Below are positions 7,956-15,695 of a stretch of DNA of 19,278 nucleotides, one piece after another (within the stretch, counting starts at the first letter, position 1; each line of letters begins with the position of its first letter). This stretch comes from Candidatus Odinarchaeota archaeon (GTDB lineage Archaea > Asgardarchaeota > Odinarchaeia > Odinarchaeales > Odinarchaeaceae): assembly GCA_038826135.1 (NCBI GenBank), contig JAWBON010000021.1, forward strand, positions 1 to 19,278, read 5' to 3'. The translations under genes were made by a program, and so were the position numbers. The notes below the pieces were generated by a model. That model did not search any database, had not been told where the DNA came from, and saw only the letters and a list, made by a program, of their open reading frames with translations.

Positions 7956-9320
7956 TTAGATTAATACCGGTAGAAATAGGCCTAGCAAAGCCACCTCAAC
8001 ATATAATATAAATGAGGAGGCGGCTACTTCCACTATGGAGAGTATTGAACCTACTTTCAGATATTCTTTAAGTGTTATTTTCAATCCTCCCCTTCGAATA
8101 ACATCAAACCACATTAATATCGCTAAAGATCCGATGGGGAAGAAATGAGGGCCAATATTATTACCTATAATATTTGAGAAAATCATGTTAGTTCCTAAAC
8201 TAGGGGTTAAACTCATAGATGTTATAACCTGTCTTATAGAAACTAATCCCAATAAGGTCATTGGCCAGTTATTCATAAAACTTGCCAACACGGTTACTAT
8301 TAACGCAGGTGAGATAAATCCCAGATACGACGGCATTGATGAAGATGAAGCCAGCAAAAAGCCTACGAAATCTATCATCCCGGCTTCACCAAGCCCGTGA
8401 ACAACTATAAATATTCCGATCATGAAAACCAGTATTCCCCAGTTAACCTCTCTTAAAAGTTTCAAAACTGGTTTAGGACAATAAGAAGCCGGGTCCATTC
8501 TACTAGAGAGAGTATAGTATACAATTAATAGGAAGAACGCCCCGGAGCATATTACAATTGATACAGGTATTCTAATAAAAGATGTTAACACATACCCTAA
8601 ATCCACCACTATGAGGGTGGCGAATATAATTCTGAGTAAAACATTAGATTTAGCAATAAGACTGCAATCTAAATTAACGTTTTGAGCTTCATATACCACA
8701 GGAATCTTATTTTTAAAAAATAAGTATACTACAAGTATACTAAAAACTACCGTCACAACCGACACTGGACCCATGAATATAAGGTGGTCTATAAAAGTAT
8801 ATTTGAAAAAGTCAGCGCTCACTATATTAACCGGGTTACTGGTTATAAGAGGCATCGCAGCCGTGTCAGCCACAAATCCGGCTGCAAACAAGTAGACCAG
8901 ACGTGAGCCCCCTTTAAAATTTAACTGATGGGTAATCTCCACTACTATAGGTGTAAGAATCAATATAGCCGAGTCGTTTGCGAACAAAATACTGACAGCT
9001 GCTGTCAGTAAAGCTATATATATGTATAATTTTTTACCGTTCCCTTTAGCGTAACCTATAATTTTTAAAGCCGCCCATTTAAAGAAGCCCATAGCGTCTA
9101 AAGTTAGGGAGAGCAGGATTATACCGAAAAAAGCTAAAGCTGCATCCCATATATCTGATAGCGCTTCAACAGCTTCAAAAACGGTGACAGTCCCGAATAG
9201 TAGGGAGAGGCCAGCGCCGATAGTAGCAGTCACACCTATGTTTAAACCTTTAGGCCGTTTTATTACTAGAAATACAGTTATAATAAAAATTAAAATAGAA
9301 GCTACGGCTTTTATCTCCAT
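7956..9320 (-). CDS. arsB: ArsB-family arsenite/antimonite efflux permease (ArsB/NhaD superfamily)
   Basis: About 12 TM segments; IWDAALAF, LDAMGFFKWAAL, LFANDSAILILTPIV, AGFVADTAAMPLITSNPVNIVSADFF, MNNWP and NNIGPHFFPIGSLAILMW all resemble ArsB motifs. Confidence 0.82.
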   Translation of the reverse strand: MEIKAVASILIFIITVFLVIKRPKGLNIGVTATIGAGLSLLFGTVTVFEAVEALSDIWDAALAFFGIILLSLTLDAMGFFKWAALKIIGYAKGNGKKLYIYIALLTAAVSILFANDSAILILTPIVVEITHQLNFKGGSRLVYLFAAGFVADTAAMPLITSNPVNIVSADFFKYTFIDHLIFMGPVSVVTVVFSILVVYLFFKNKIPVVYEAQNVNLDCSLIAKSNVLLRIIFATLIVVDLGYVLTSFIRIPVSIVICSGAFFLLIVYYTLSSRMDPASYCPKPVLKLLREVNWGILVFMIGIFIVVHGLGEAGMIDFVGFLLASSSSMPSYLGFISPALIVTVLASFMNNWPMTLLGLVSIRQVITSMSLTPSLGTNMIFSNIIGNNIGPHFFPIGSLAILMWFDVIRRGGLKITLKEYLKVGSILSIVEVAASSFILYVEVALLGLFLPVLI

Positions 9321-9374
9321 AGTGATCGTCTGAAAGAAGTATATTGTTACCTATACCAGCTATAAAAAAGTTTT

Positions 9375-9382
9375 AAAAAAAA
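9375..9382 (-). terminator. Possible oligo-T archaeal terminator after the 88-aa ORF (overlaps the arsB promoter region)
   Basis: T8 run on the minus strand 30 nt downstream of the stop, followed by aaaactttttt. Confidence 0.3.
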
Positions 9383-9411
9383 CCAAGGATTATTGATGAC
9401 TGTATTGGATG

Positions 9412-9678
9412 CTAATACTGTTTTTTCTGTTTCATATAGGCGTAAAGATAAGGCCGAGTGTGTAAGTCCTTATATTCCTCATTATAGTTTTGTATATAAC
9501 AGCGTTTAACAACTTCATCGATTGTCAGATCCCCGAGGGTTTTAACTATACTCATCTCATCGTCACCGAGTTTTTTAATATGAACATCTTCACCGCACAG
9601 GGGGCATGGTAATATTAGAGTAGTTTTACCGATAACAAGATTTTTTATCCAGTGTTTTAAATCAGGTTTTTTAACCAT
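9412..9678 (-). CDS. Hypothetical 88-aa protein with a CPLCG (zinc-ribbon-like) motif
   Basis: Occupies otherwise empty space; strong SD GGGAGTGAT before the ATG; upstream TATA-like element; motif PCPLCG. Confidence 0.7.
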   Translation of the reverse strand: MVKKPDLKHWIKNLVIGKTTLILPCPLCGEDVHIKKLGDDEMSIVKTLGDLTIDEVVKRCYIQNYNEEYKDLHTRPYLYAYMKQKKQY

Positions 9679-9719
9679 AATATCACTCCCAAGCTATTAG
9701 CGTATTTTATCAGAGGGGG

Positions 9720-9733
9720 TTTATATATTTAAG
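9720..9733 (-). promoter_or_regulatory. Putative TATA box for the 88-aa ORF
   Basis: Minus strand cttaaatatataaa, about 42 nt upstream of the ATG. Confidence 0.4.
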
Positions 9734-9978
9734 CCATAATATTCTGAGGTTTTTGAACATATATGTGCCCTTCCTAATTTTAAGTACACAAAGTTGAGTA
9801 ACTGTTTAGTTTTAATTATTAAACTTAACTCTCCTAAACTCTGCGAAAATTATTAAAAAAAATTGAAGATAGCTATTTAGCGATTAAAAAAGCTTTTAAA
9901 AGCCCCGTTATAATAAAAAAAGCGTTAAACAGCTTAAAACAGTAGTAAAGTTATAGTCGTAAAACACGCTAGCAGAGT

Positions 9979-9995
9979 GAAAATTTTAAATATAA
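9979..9995 (+). promoter_or_regulatory. Putative BRE/TATA promoter of hydrogenase module 2
   Basis: gaaaattttaaatataa, 35-45 nt upstream of the nuoA-like start and flanked by a 10-bp inverted repeat. Confidence 0.45.
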
Positions 9996-10029
9996 GAAGC
10001 AATGTTTTACGATTTGTAAAAATGAAAGG

Positions 10030-10368
10030 ATGATCACCATGTTAGATGTAATATGGGTTCCGATAGCTTTCATAATAATTCTAATAGCGACGGCTGCAAT
10101 CTATGCTTGGGGTAGAAGAGTAGCCCCCCCGTCGAGAAAAAAGGGGGAAGCGCTTGAAACCTACGCGTGCGGTGAGGAACAAACTGATGTTCACACACAT
10201 TTCAGAATAAACTGGTTTTATTACGCAGTATACTTTATGATATTTGATATTATAGCGTTCATACTCACCTTCGGAGCATTCCAACTAGGGATTCTACCAG
10301 CAGTTTACGCGGTAGTACTCTACGGAGCAGTCTCATTAATAGCAATAATAGTTTTATTAAGGGGGTAA
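10030..10368 (+). CDS. NuoA/NdhC-like three-TM membrane subunit (module 2); start may be ATG 10039
   Basis: TM1, loop LETYACGE, then FRINWFYYAVYFMIFDII (NuoA pattern Y...A..F..FD) and TM3. Confidence 0.85.
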   Translation: MITMLDVIWVPIAFIIILIATAAIYAWGRRVAPPSRKKGEALETYACGEEQTDVHTHFRINWFYYAVYFMIFDIIAFILTFGAFQLGILPAVYAVVLYGAVSLIAIIVLLRG

Positions 10369-10373
10369 ATTTT

Positions 10374-10826
10374 ATGAGTAAACTTGTAGATTGGGCGAGG
10401 AGAAGCTCACCTTGGCTTCTACATTTTAATTCAGGCAGCTGCAACGGCTGCGACATAGAAATTCTAGATGCGTTAATGCCCAGATTTGATCTGGAGAGAT
10501 TTGGAGCGCTTCTTAAAGGAAGTCCAAGACACGCAGATGTTTTAGTCTGCACTGGACCTGTTACAAGACAGCAGGCGCCGCGTCTTAGAAGAATATACGA
10601 GCAGATGCCGGATCCTAAATTCGTAATGGTTGTAGGCACATGCGGTTCAACCGGTGGCGTATTCAGGGGATGCTATAATAATGCTGAGGGAATCGATAAC
10701 GTAATACCGGTGGATGTTTATGTTCCAGGCTGCCCTGCAAGACCTGAAGCTATTGAATTAGGAGCTGTTAAACTGTTAGAGAAGCTTAAAAAAGTCCAGC
10801 AGCAGGCTAGAGGTGAAAAGAAATGA
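10374..10826 (+). CDS. Group 4 [NiFe]-hydrogenase small subunit (NuoB-like), module 2
   Basis: WARRSSPW, GSCNGCDIE, SPRHADVLVCTGPVT, EQMPDPKFVMVVGTCGSTGG, VDVYVPGCPARPE. Confidence 0.95.
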   Translation: MSKLVDWARRSSPWLLHFNSGSCNGCDIEILDALMPRFDLERFGALLKGSPRHADVLVCTGPVTRQQAPRLRRIYEQMPDPKFVMVVGTCGSTGGVFRGCYNNAEGIDNVIPVDVYVPGCPARPEAIELGAVKLLEKLKKVQQQARGEKK

Positions 10827-12556
10827 CTGAGTTAACTCAATTACCTAAAACTGAAGAATTAAAAAATGAATATGAGATAGTTGAAGAGTTAAAAACCCTA
10901 CTAGGCAGCGACTTATTAGAATATAAGGTTCCACGCGTTAACCGGGTCTGGATTACCGTCCCTAATGGCAAACACTATAAGGTAGCTGAATATTTATATA
11001 ATAAAATGGGTGTCTGGTTCATAAGCACTGTCACCGGACTTGACTTAAAAGATCACTTTGAAGTATTATTCCACTTCTTAGATATGCAGAGAAAAGTTGA
11101 GATCACTGTGCGAGTACCTGTCTCAAAAGATAAACCTGAATTAGAGTCTCTAACAGATTTTTATCCAGGTGCAAATCTTTACGAGAGAGAAGTCTATGAC
11201 ATGTTTGGCATTGTTTTTAAAGGTCACCCTAATCTTAAAAGACTTCTATTAGCGGAAACATTTCCAAAGGGAGAACATCCTCTACGTAAAGACTGGACAC
11301 CTGATAAATGGGATCCTAAAAAAGTTAAGCTTATTCAAAGACAACCAATCACACCTGAGACTTCAGACGATTATGTACTCCAAGTTGGACCTCAAACCCC
11401 GACATTAAAAGAACCGATGAATTTTGAAGTTATATTAGATGGTGAAATAGTAGTGGACATTATACCGCACATCGAATATAATCATCGAGGTTTAGAGAAA
11501 GCCTTCGAGCAGAGAACATTCATTCAAGGAATTTACTTAGCTGAAAGAGTGTGCGGTATTTGCAGCCAAGCACACACACTACCATACTGTGACGCAGTAG
11601 AACAGTTACTAGGCGTCCAAGTTCCACCGAGAGGAAAATATATTCGTACAATGGTGGCAGAGTTCAACAGAATCCACAGCCATCTTCTCTGGATAGGAGT
11701 GGCATGTCATCTCATAGGCTGGGATACAATGTTCATGTACAGTTGGAGGGATCGAGAAGTAATCTTAGATTTAACAGACCTTGTATGTGGAAGCAGAGTA
11801 ACAGCCGCTATTAACACAATCGGAGGGGTTAGAAGAGACGTAACGGATGATGAGATCCATAAGATAAGAAAAGGCATGGACATATTGGAGAAAAGAACTA
11901 AAACATATAAGAAAATAGTATTTGAAGAAGATACATTATTGAAAAGAGCTGTTGGAGTAGGCTACTTGAACCCATCATACCTTAAGGCTATGAGCGCTGT
12001 AGGGCCTGTAATAAGAGGTTCAGGTGTTAAAACAGATGTAAGATACGATGACCCTCATTTCGGCGCTTACGATGAAATACCATTCAATGTATGCACATCA
12101 GATATGTGTGATATCGCTGGCAGACTACTTGTGAGAGTTGATGAATTAATAGAGTCAGTGAATATGATAAGATATATTTTAGACCACCTGCCAAGCGGTG
12201 AAGTGAGAACTAAGGTTCCTAGAAGAGTACCTGCAGGTGAAGCTGTAAGCCATAATGAGGCTCCAAGAGGGGAAGTATTCTACTATATTAAATCCAACGG
12301 CACAGATAAACCTGAAAGAGTTAAGATTATAACACCTACAATGGCTAATCTTTTACCGATAATAGAGTCATGTAAAGGCCATTACCTAGCAGACTTTGTA
12401 TTAAACTTCGGAAGCATAGACCCTTGCATTGCATGCATGTGTAGGACAACATTTACAGATATATCTAAGAAACAGCCTAAACAATGGGTTTGGACAGATG
12501 AGCAGATGAGACAGTATAGTATAGAATGGTATCAGAATAAAGGATGGAGGAAGTGA
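10823..12556 (+). CDS. Group 4 [NiFe]-hydrogenase large subunit fused to a NuoC-like domain (NuoCD-type), module 2
   Basis: NuoC motif YEREVYDMFGIVFKGHPNLKRLLL...HPLRKD; HRGLEK; L1 ERVCGIC (C244/C247); EFNRIHSHL; EAPRGE; L2 DPCIAC (C535/C538); ATGA overlap with the upstream gene. Confidence 0.95.
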   Translation: MTELTQLPKTEELKNEYEIVEELKTLLGSDLLEYKVPRVNRVWITVPNGKHYKVAEYLYNKMGVWFISTVTGLDLKDHFEVLFHFLDMQRKVEITVRVPVSKDKPELESLTDFYPGANLYEREVYDMFGIVFKGHPNLKRLLLAETFPKGEHPLRKDWTPDKWDPKKVKLIQRQPITPETSDDYVLQVGPQTPTLKEPMNFEVILDGEIVVDIIPHIEYNHRGLEKAFEQRTFIQGIYLAERVCGICSQAHTLPYCDAVEQLLGVQVPPRGKYIRTMVAEFNRIHSHLLWIGVACHLIGWDTMFMYSWRDREVILDLTDLVCGSRVTAAINTIGGVRRDVTDDEIHKIRKGMDILEKRTKTYKKIVFEEDTLLKRAVGVGYLNPSYLKAMSAVGPVIRGSGVKTDVRYDDPHFGAYDEIPFNVCTSDMCDIAGRLLVRVDELIESVNMIRYILDHLPSGEVRTKVPRRVPAGEAVSHNEAPRGEVFYYIKSNGTDKPERVKIITPTMANLLPIIESCKGHYLADFVLNFGSIDPCIACMCRTTFTDISKKQPKQWVWTDEQMRQYSIEWYQNKGWRK

Positions 12557-13608
12557 AAATGGTTTTAGATATCTTTCTAGGAATACTTCAAATAGTCTTA
12601 TTCCCGGGAATAGTATTCTGCATAGGTTTAACATTCCTACTTGAATGGATAGATAGAAAATACTATGCTGATCTTCAGAATAGAATGGGGCCGCTTTACG
12701 TCGGCTGGAAAGGTATACTGCAACCATTCGCAGATTTCATCAAATTAATGGCTAAGGAAGACATTGTACCTGAGGCAGCTGACAGGAAAATGTTCACAGC
12801 AACACCTTTACTCTCAGTAGCTGTTCCTCTGCTAGGCCTTTTATTTATCCCGATTGCAAACATCACGGGCTTACTCAGCTTCCAAGGTGATCTAATCTTT
12901 GTACTGTTCCTAACAACAACGATTGCCATATTAATAATCTTGGCCGGGTATTCTTCAATGAACCAGTACAGTTCAATAGGTGCTGCTAGAGCAGGCTTAC
13001 AGTTAATGGGTTATGAAATACCCTTTACACTCGCAGCTCTCACCCCAGCGATGATAGCTAGAAGCTTGACAATAACAGGAATAGTTCAATACCAGGCTTT
13101 TGCAGGCATGACGCTACTAATATTCCCTGGTATGATAGCGTTCGGTGTATTTATAGCAACTTTACTACCTGAATTAGAGAAGATACCGATGGATATACCG
13201 GAGGCTGAAACCGAGCTTGTAGCAGGATGGCAGACCGAGTTCAGCGGTAAAAAATACGCTTTCTTACGCTTATCAAATAATCTGGAGCTGCTTTTAGGCG
13301 CTGGGCTTGCAGTAACATTATTCCTCGGAGGCCCATATGGTATAGAGAAACTACCTGGATTAACAGCACTGGACTTAGCGATTCAAGGAAACATTATAAT
13401 ATCAGCCGTATGGTATACGGTGTGGTTTTTAATTAAGACAGCGGTCGTTGTGTTAATAGTGACGAATCTGAGAACTTTATTCTCAAGGTACAGAATAGAT
13501 CAGATGGTAAGAGGTGCATGGAAATATTTAACACCACTTATGATAGGGGTTACAATTATAACCCTACTTTTAAGCGCTATAGCGCCCGGTTTATATCCAA
13601 TAATTTAG
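12544..13608 (+). CDS. NuoH-family membrane subunit (module 2); true start likely ATG 12559
   Basis: DRKYYADLQNRMGP..VG.KGILQPFADFIKLMAKE, GAARAGLQLMGYEIP, PMDIPEAETELVAGWQTEFSG, RYRIDQ. Confidence 0.95.
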   Translation: MEEVKMVLDIFLGILQIVLFPGIVFCIGLTFLLEWIDRKYYADLQNRMGPLYVGWKGILQPFADFIKLMAKEDIVPEAADRKMFTATPLLSVAVPLLGLLFIPIANITGLLSFQGDLIFVLFLTTTIAILIILAGYSSMNQYSSIGAARAGLQLMGYEIPFTLAALTPAMIARSLTITGIVQYQAFAGMTLLIFPGMIAFGVFIATLLPELEKIPMDIPEAETELVAGWQTEFSGKKYAFLRLSNNLELLLGAGLAVTLFLGGPYGIEKLPGLTALDLAIQGNIIISAVWYTVWFLIKTAVVVLIVTNLRTLFSRYRIDQMVRGAWKYLTPLMIGVTIITLLLSAIAPGLYPII

Positions 13609-13621
13609 AGGTGAAACATTA

Positions 13622-14002
13622 ATGGTTAGAAAACTAGGTGCGATGGAAACTGAGCTGTTAAAAAATCTTACAAAGAAGAGAGCTACCTTACTGTATCCTT
13701 TTCAAAAACTAGAACTCCCTGACGCATACAGAGGATTATGGAGTTTTGATATTAACAAATGTACAGGATGTGGATTATGCTCCAAAGACTGTCCGAGCGG
13801 TGCAATAGAGCTTAAACCTACAGAGAAAACCAAGGCGGGCAGATACCCGATTAACTATGTTAGCAGATGTTTATTCTGCTCTCAATGCCAGGAAGTCTGC
13901 CCAACAGGCGCTATTAAAATGACACCTGTATATGAGCTTTCAGATTACCGTAAAAAAATAATAGACGCTGAAGCCCCAGACGGATACAGGTATGAGGGTT
14001 AA
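13622..14002 (+). CDS. NuoI-like 2x[4Fe-4S] ferredoxin subunit (module 2)
   Basis: ATLLYP...YRG; CTGCGLCSKDCP and CLFCSQCQEVCP; SD GAGGTGA. Confidence 0.94.
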   Translation: MVRKLGAMETELLKNLTKKRATLLYPFQKLELPDAYRGLWSFDINKCTGCGLCSKDCPSGAIELKPTEKTKAGRYPINYVSRCLFCSQCQEVCPTGAIKMTPVYELSDYRKKIIDAEAPDGYRYEG

Positions 14003-14116
14003 GCTTAAACACCCTATATTTTTATATTTATAGCAATTAAATAAACAAAAACTTAAATTTTTATAGGTGACTCTTCCACTTAGAATTAAGAGGTTTTAAT
14101 ATGAGGGATTATTTTA

Positions 14117-15628
14117 TTGGATAGTTTAAAGTCAGGTAAAAGAATACTGGTTTTCGACACAACATTAAGAGACGGTGAGCAAACCCCCGGCTTAACTCTC
14201 CCGCCGGATAAAAAAATATCTTTAGCTAAAAGCTTAGATGAATTTGGAGTTGACATAATAGAGGCCGGTATGGCAATCACCAGTAAAGGTGAATCAGAGG
14301 CTATCAGGGAAATAGCTAAACTAGGTTTAAAAGCGAAAATATATGATGGATGCAGGTTGAATATAAAAGAAATAGAGCTCGCTTTAAAACTCGATGTTCA
14401 TGGTGTTCAAATAATTGTACCGACAAGTGAACTCCACCAGAGAGTGAAGCTTGGGAAAACACGTCAGGAGATAGATGAGCTTCTTACCGAAGCGGTTACA
14501 TATGCTAAAGATCATGGATTAGAGGTCGGTGTTTCAGCTGAAGATGCTTCTAGAACAGAGAACGATTACCTATCAGAGTTGGCTAAGAAAATCGAGGGAT
14601 TAAAAGGCGACCGCTTCTGCTATTGCGACACTGTTGGAATTCTAACCCCTGATTCAGCGTATAAAAACATAGGTGAAATTAGAAAAGCAACGAAGCTGCA
14701 AATAGGCATACATTGTCATGATGATTTCGGATTAGCCGCAGCGAACACGATATTCGCCCTCAAAGCAGGTGCTGATGAGTTCCACAGTACTATAAACGGG
14801 CTTGGAGAGAGAGCTGGCAACGCCGCTACAGAGGAGGTTGTGATGGCTTTAAAACAATTATACGGTGTGGAATTAAACCTGAAATATAATCGGCTTTTCT
14901 CACTTTCAAGAGAGGTGTCTAATTTAACATTGATACCGGTTCAACCGAATAAAGCAATAATTGGAGCGAACGCGTTCACACACGAGTCTGGAATTCACAC
15001 AGACGGTATGATGAAAGACACTAGAATGTACGAGCCATTCGACCCTGAGATTATAGGACGGAAGAGGAAATATGTTATAGGAAAACATTCAGGTAAGAGC
15101 ATAATAAAAAACACGCTTAAAGAATTAGGTATAGAATTAGCTGAAGATCAGCTGCTAATATTAGTTGATAAACTTAAAACTCTAGCCGATAAAGACAAGC
15201 TCGTCACCGAAGCGGATATAGTGGCATTAGCATATGATATTATAGGGTCACCTCGAACTGAACTGGTTAAATTAGATGAGTTAACAGTTGTAACCGGAAA
15301 CAAGATCACACCGTTTGCAAGCGTGCACATATACGCTAATAACCAGAAGTATATGGCTTCTGGGACAGGTGTAGGGCCTGTTGACGCCGCTATAAACGCT
15401 ATTAAAAACGCTACGAACATGTTCACCGATATAAAACTTGAAAATTACGAGGTTAAATCTATAACCGGAGGCACAAATGCGTTAGTAGACGTGGCGGTTA
15501 CCCTTAAGAAGGGGGAACTTGAAAGAAAGGGTAGAGGAGTAAGCGAGGATATAATCGCCGCCAGCGTGTTCGCTTATTTATCTGCAGTCAACCAAATACT
15601 TCTACTACCCGGTGAAGCTGAGAATTGA
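14117..15628 (+). CDS. cimA: (R)-citramalate synthase (LeuA/CimA family)
   Basis: DTTLRDGEQTPG, AITSKGE, HCHDDFG, GLGERAGN, HESGIH; regulatory domain KLDELTVVTGNKITP and GVGPVDAA. These match archaeal CimA as I recall it better than LeuA, but LeuA cannot be excluded. TTG start. Confidence 0.8.
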   Translation: MDSLKSGKRILVFDTTLRDGEQTPGLTLPPDKKISLAKSLDEFGVDIIEAGMAITSKGESEAIREIAKLGLKAKIYDGCRLNIKEIELALKLDVHGVQIIVPTSELHQRVKLGKTRQEIDELLTEAVTYAKDHGLEVGVSAEDASRTENDYLSELAKKIEGLKGDRFCYCDTVGILTPDSAYKNIGEIRKATKLQIGIHCHDDFGLAAANTIFALKAGADEFHSTINGLGERAGNAATEEVVMALKQLYGVELNLKYNRLFSLSREVSNLTLIPVQPNKAIIGANAFTHESGIHTDGMMKDTRMYEPFDPEIIGRKRKYVIGKHSGKSIIKNTLKELGIELAEDQLLILVDKLKTLADKDKLVTEADIVALAYDIIGSPRTELVKLDELTVVTGNKITPFASVHIYANNQKYMASGTGVGPVDAAINAIKNATNMFTDIKLENYEVKSITGGTNALVDVAVTLKKGELERKGRGVSEDIIAASVFAYLSAVNQILLLPGEAEN

Positions 15629-15695
15629 AAATAGAAGAGCGTTTTGTTTAAAAGGTAAATATATAAATTGAATAATCTAAAAACGATAATTAGGG

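Noticed and set aside
9679-10029. Hidden gene, structured RNA or CRISPR array in the longest intergenic region
   Set aside because: Very AT-rich, only tiny ORFs, no regularly spaced repeats and no GC-rich stems; best explained as divergent promoters.
2021-12556. Possible selenocysteine or lost [NiFe] ligands in the large subunits (Mbs/Ehr/NuoD-like non-hydrogenase)
   Set aside because: Both have four Cys ligands encoded by TGC, with no in-frame TGA, so they read as Cys-type hydrogenases.
10030-14002. Annotation of module 2 as NADH dehydrogenase (complex I) or Fpo
   Set aside because: No NuoEFG/FpoF is present, the [NiFe] motifs are intact, and the small subunit has CNGC rather than tandem CC.
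14072-14093. CTCTT...AAGAG hairpin upstream of cimA as an attenuator or riboswitch
   Set aside because: Only a 5-bp stem, with no leader peptide or recognisable aptamer.
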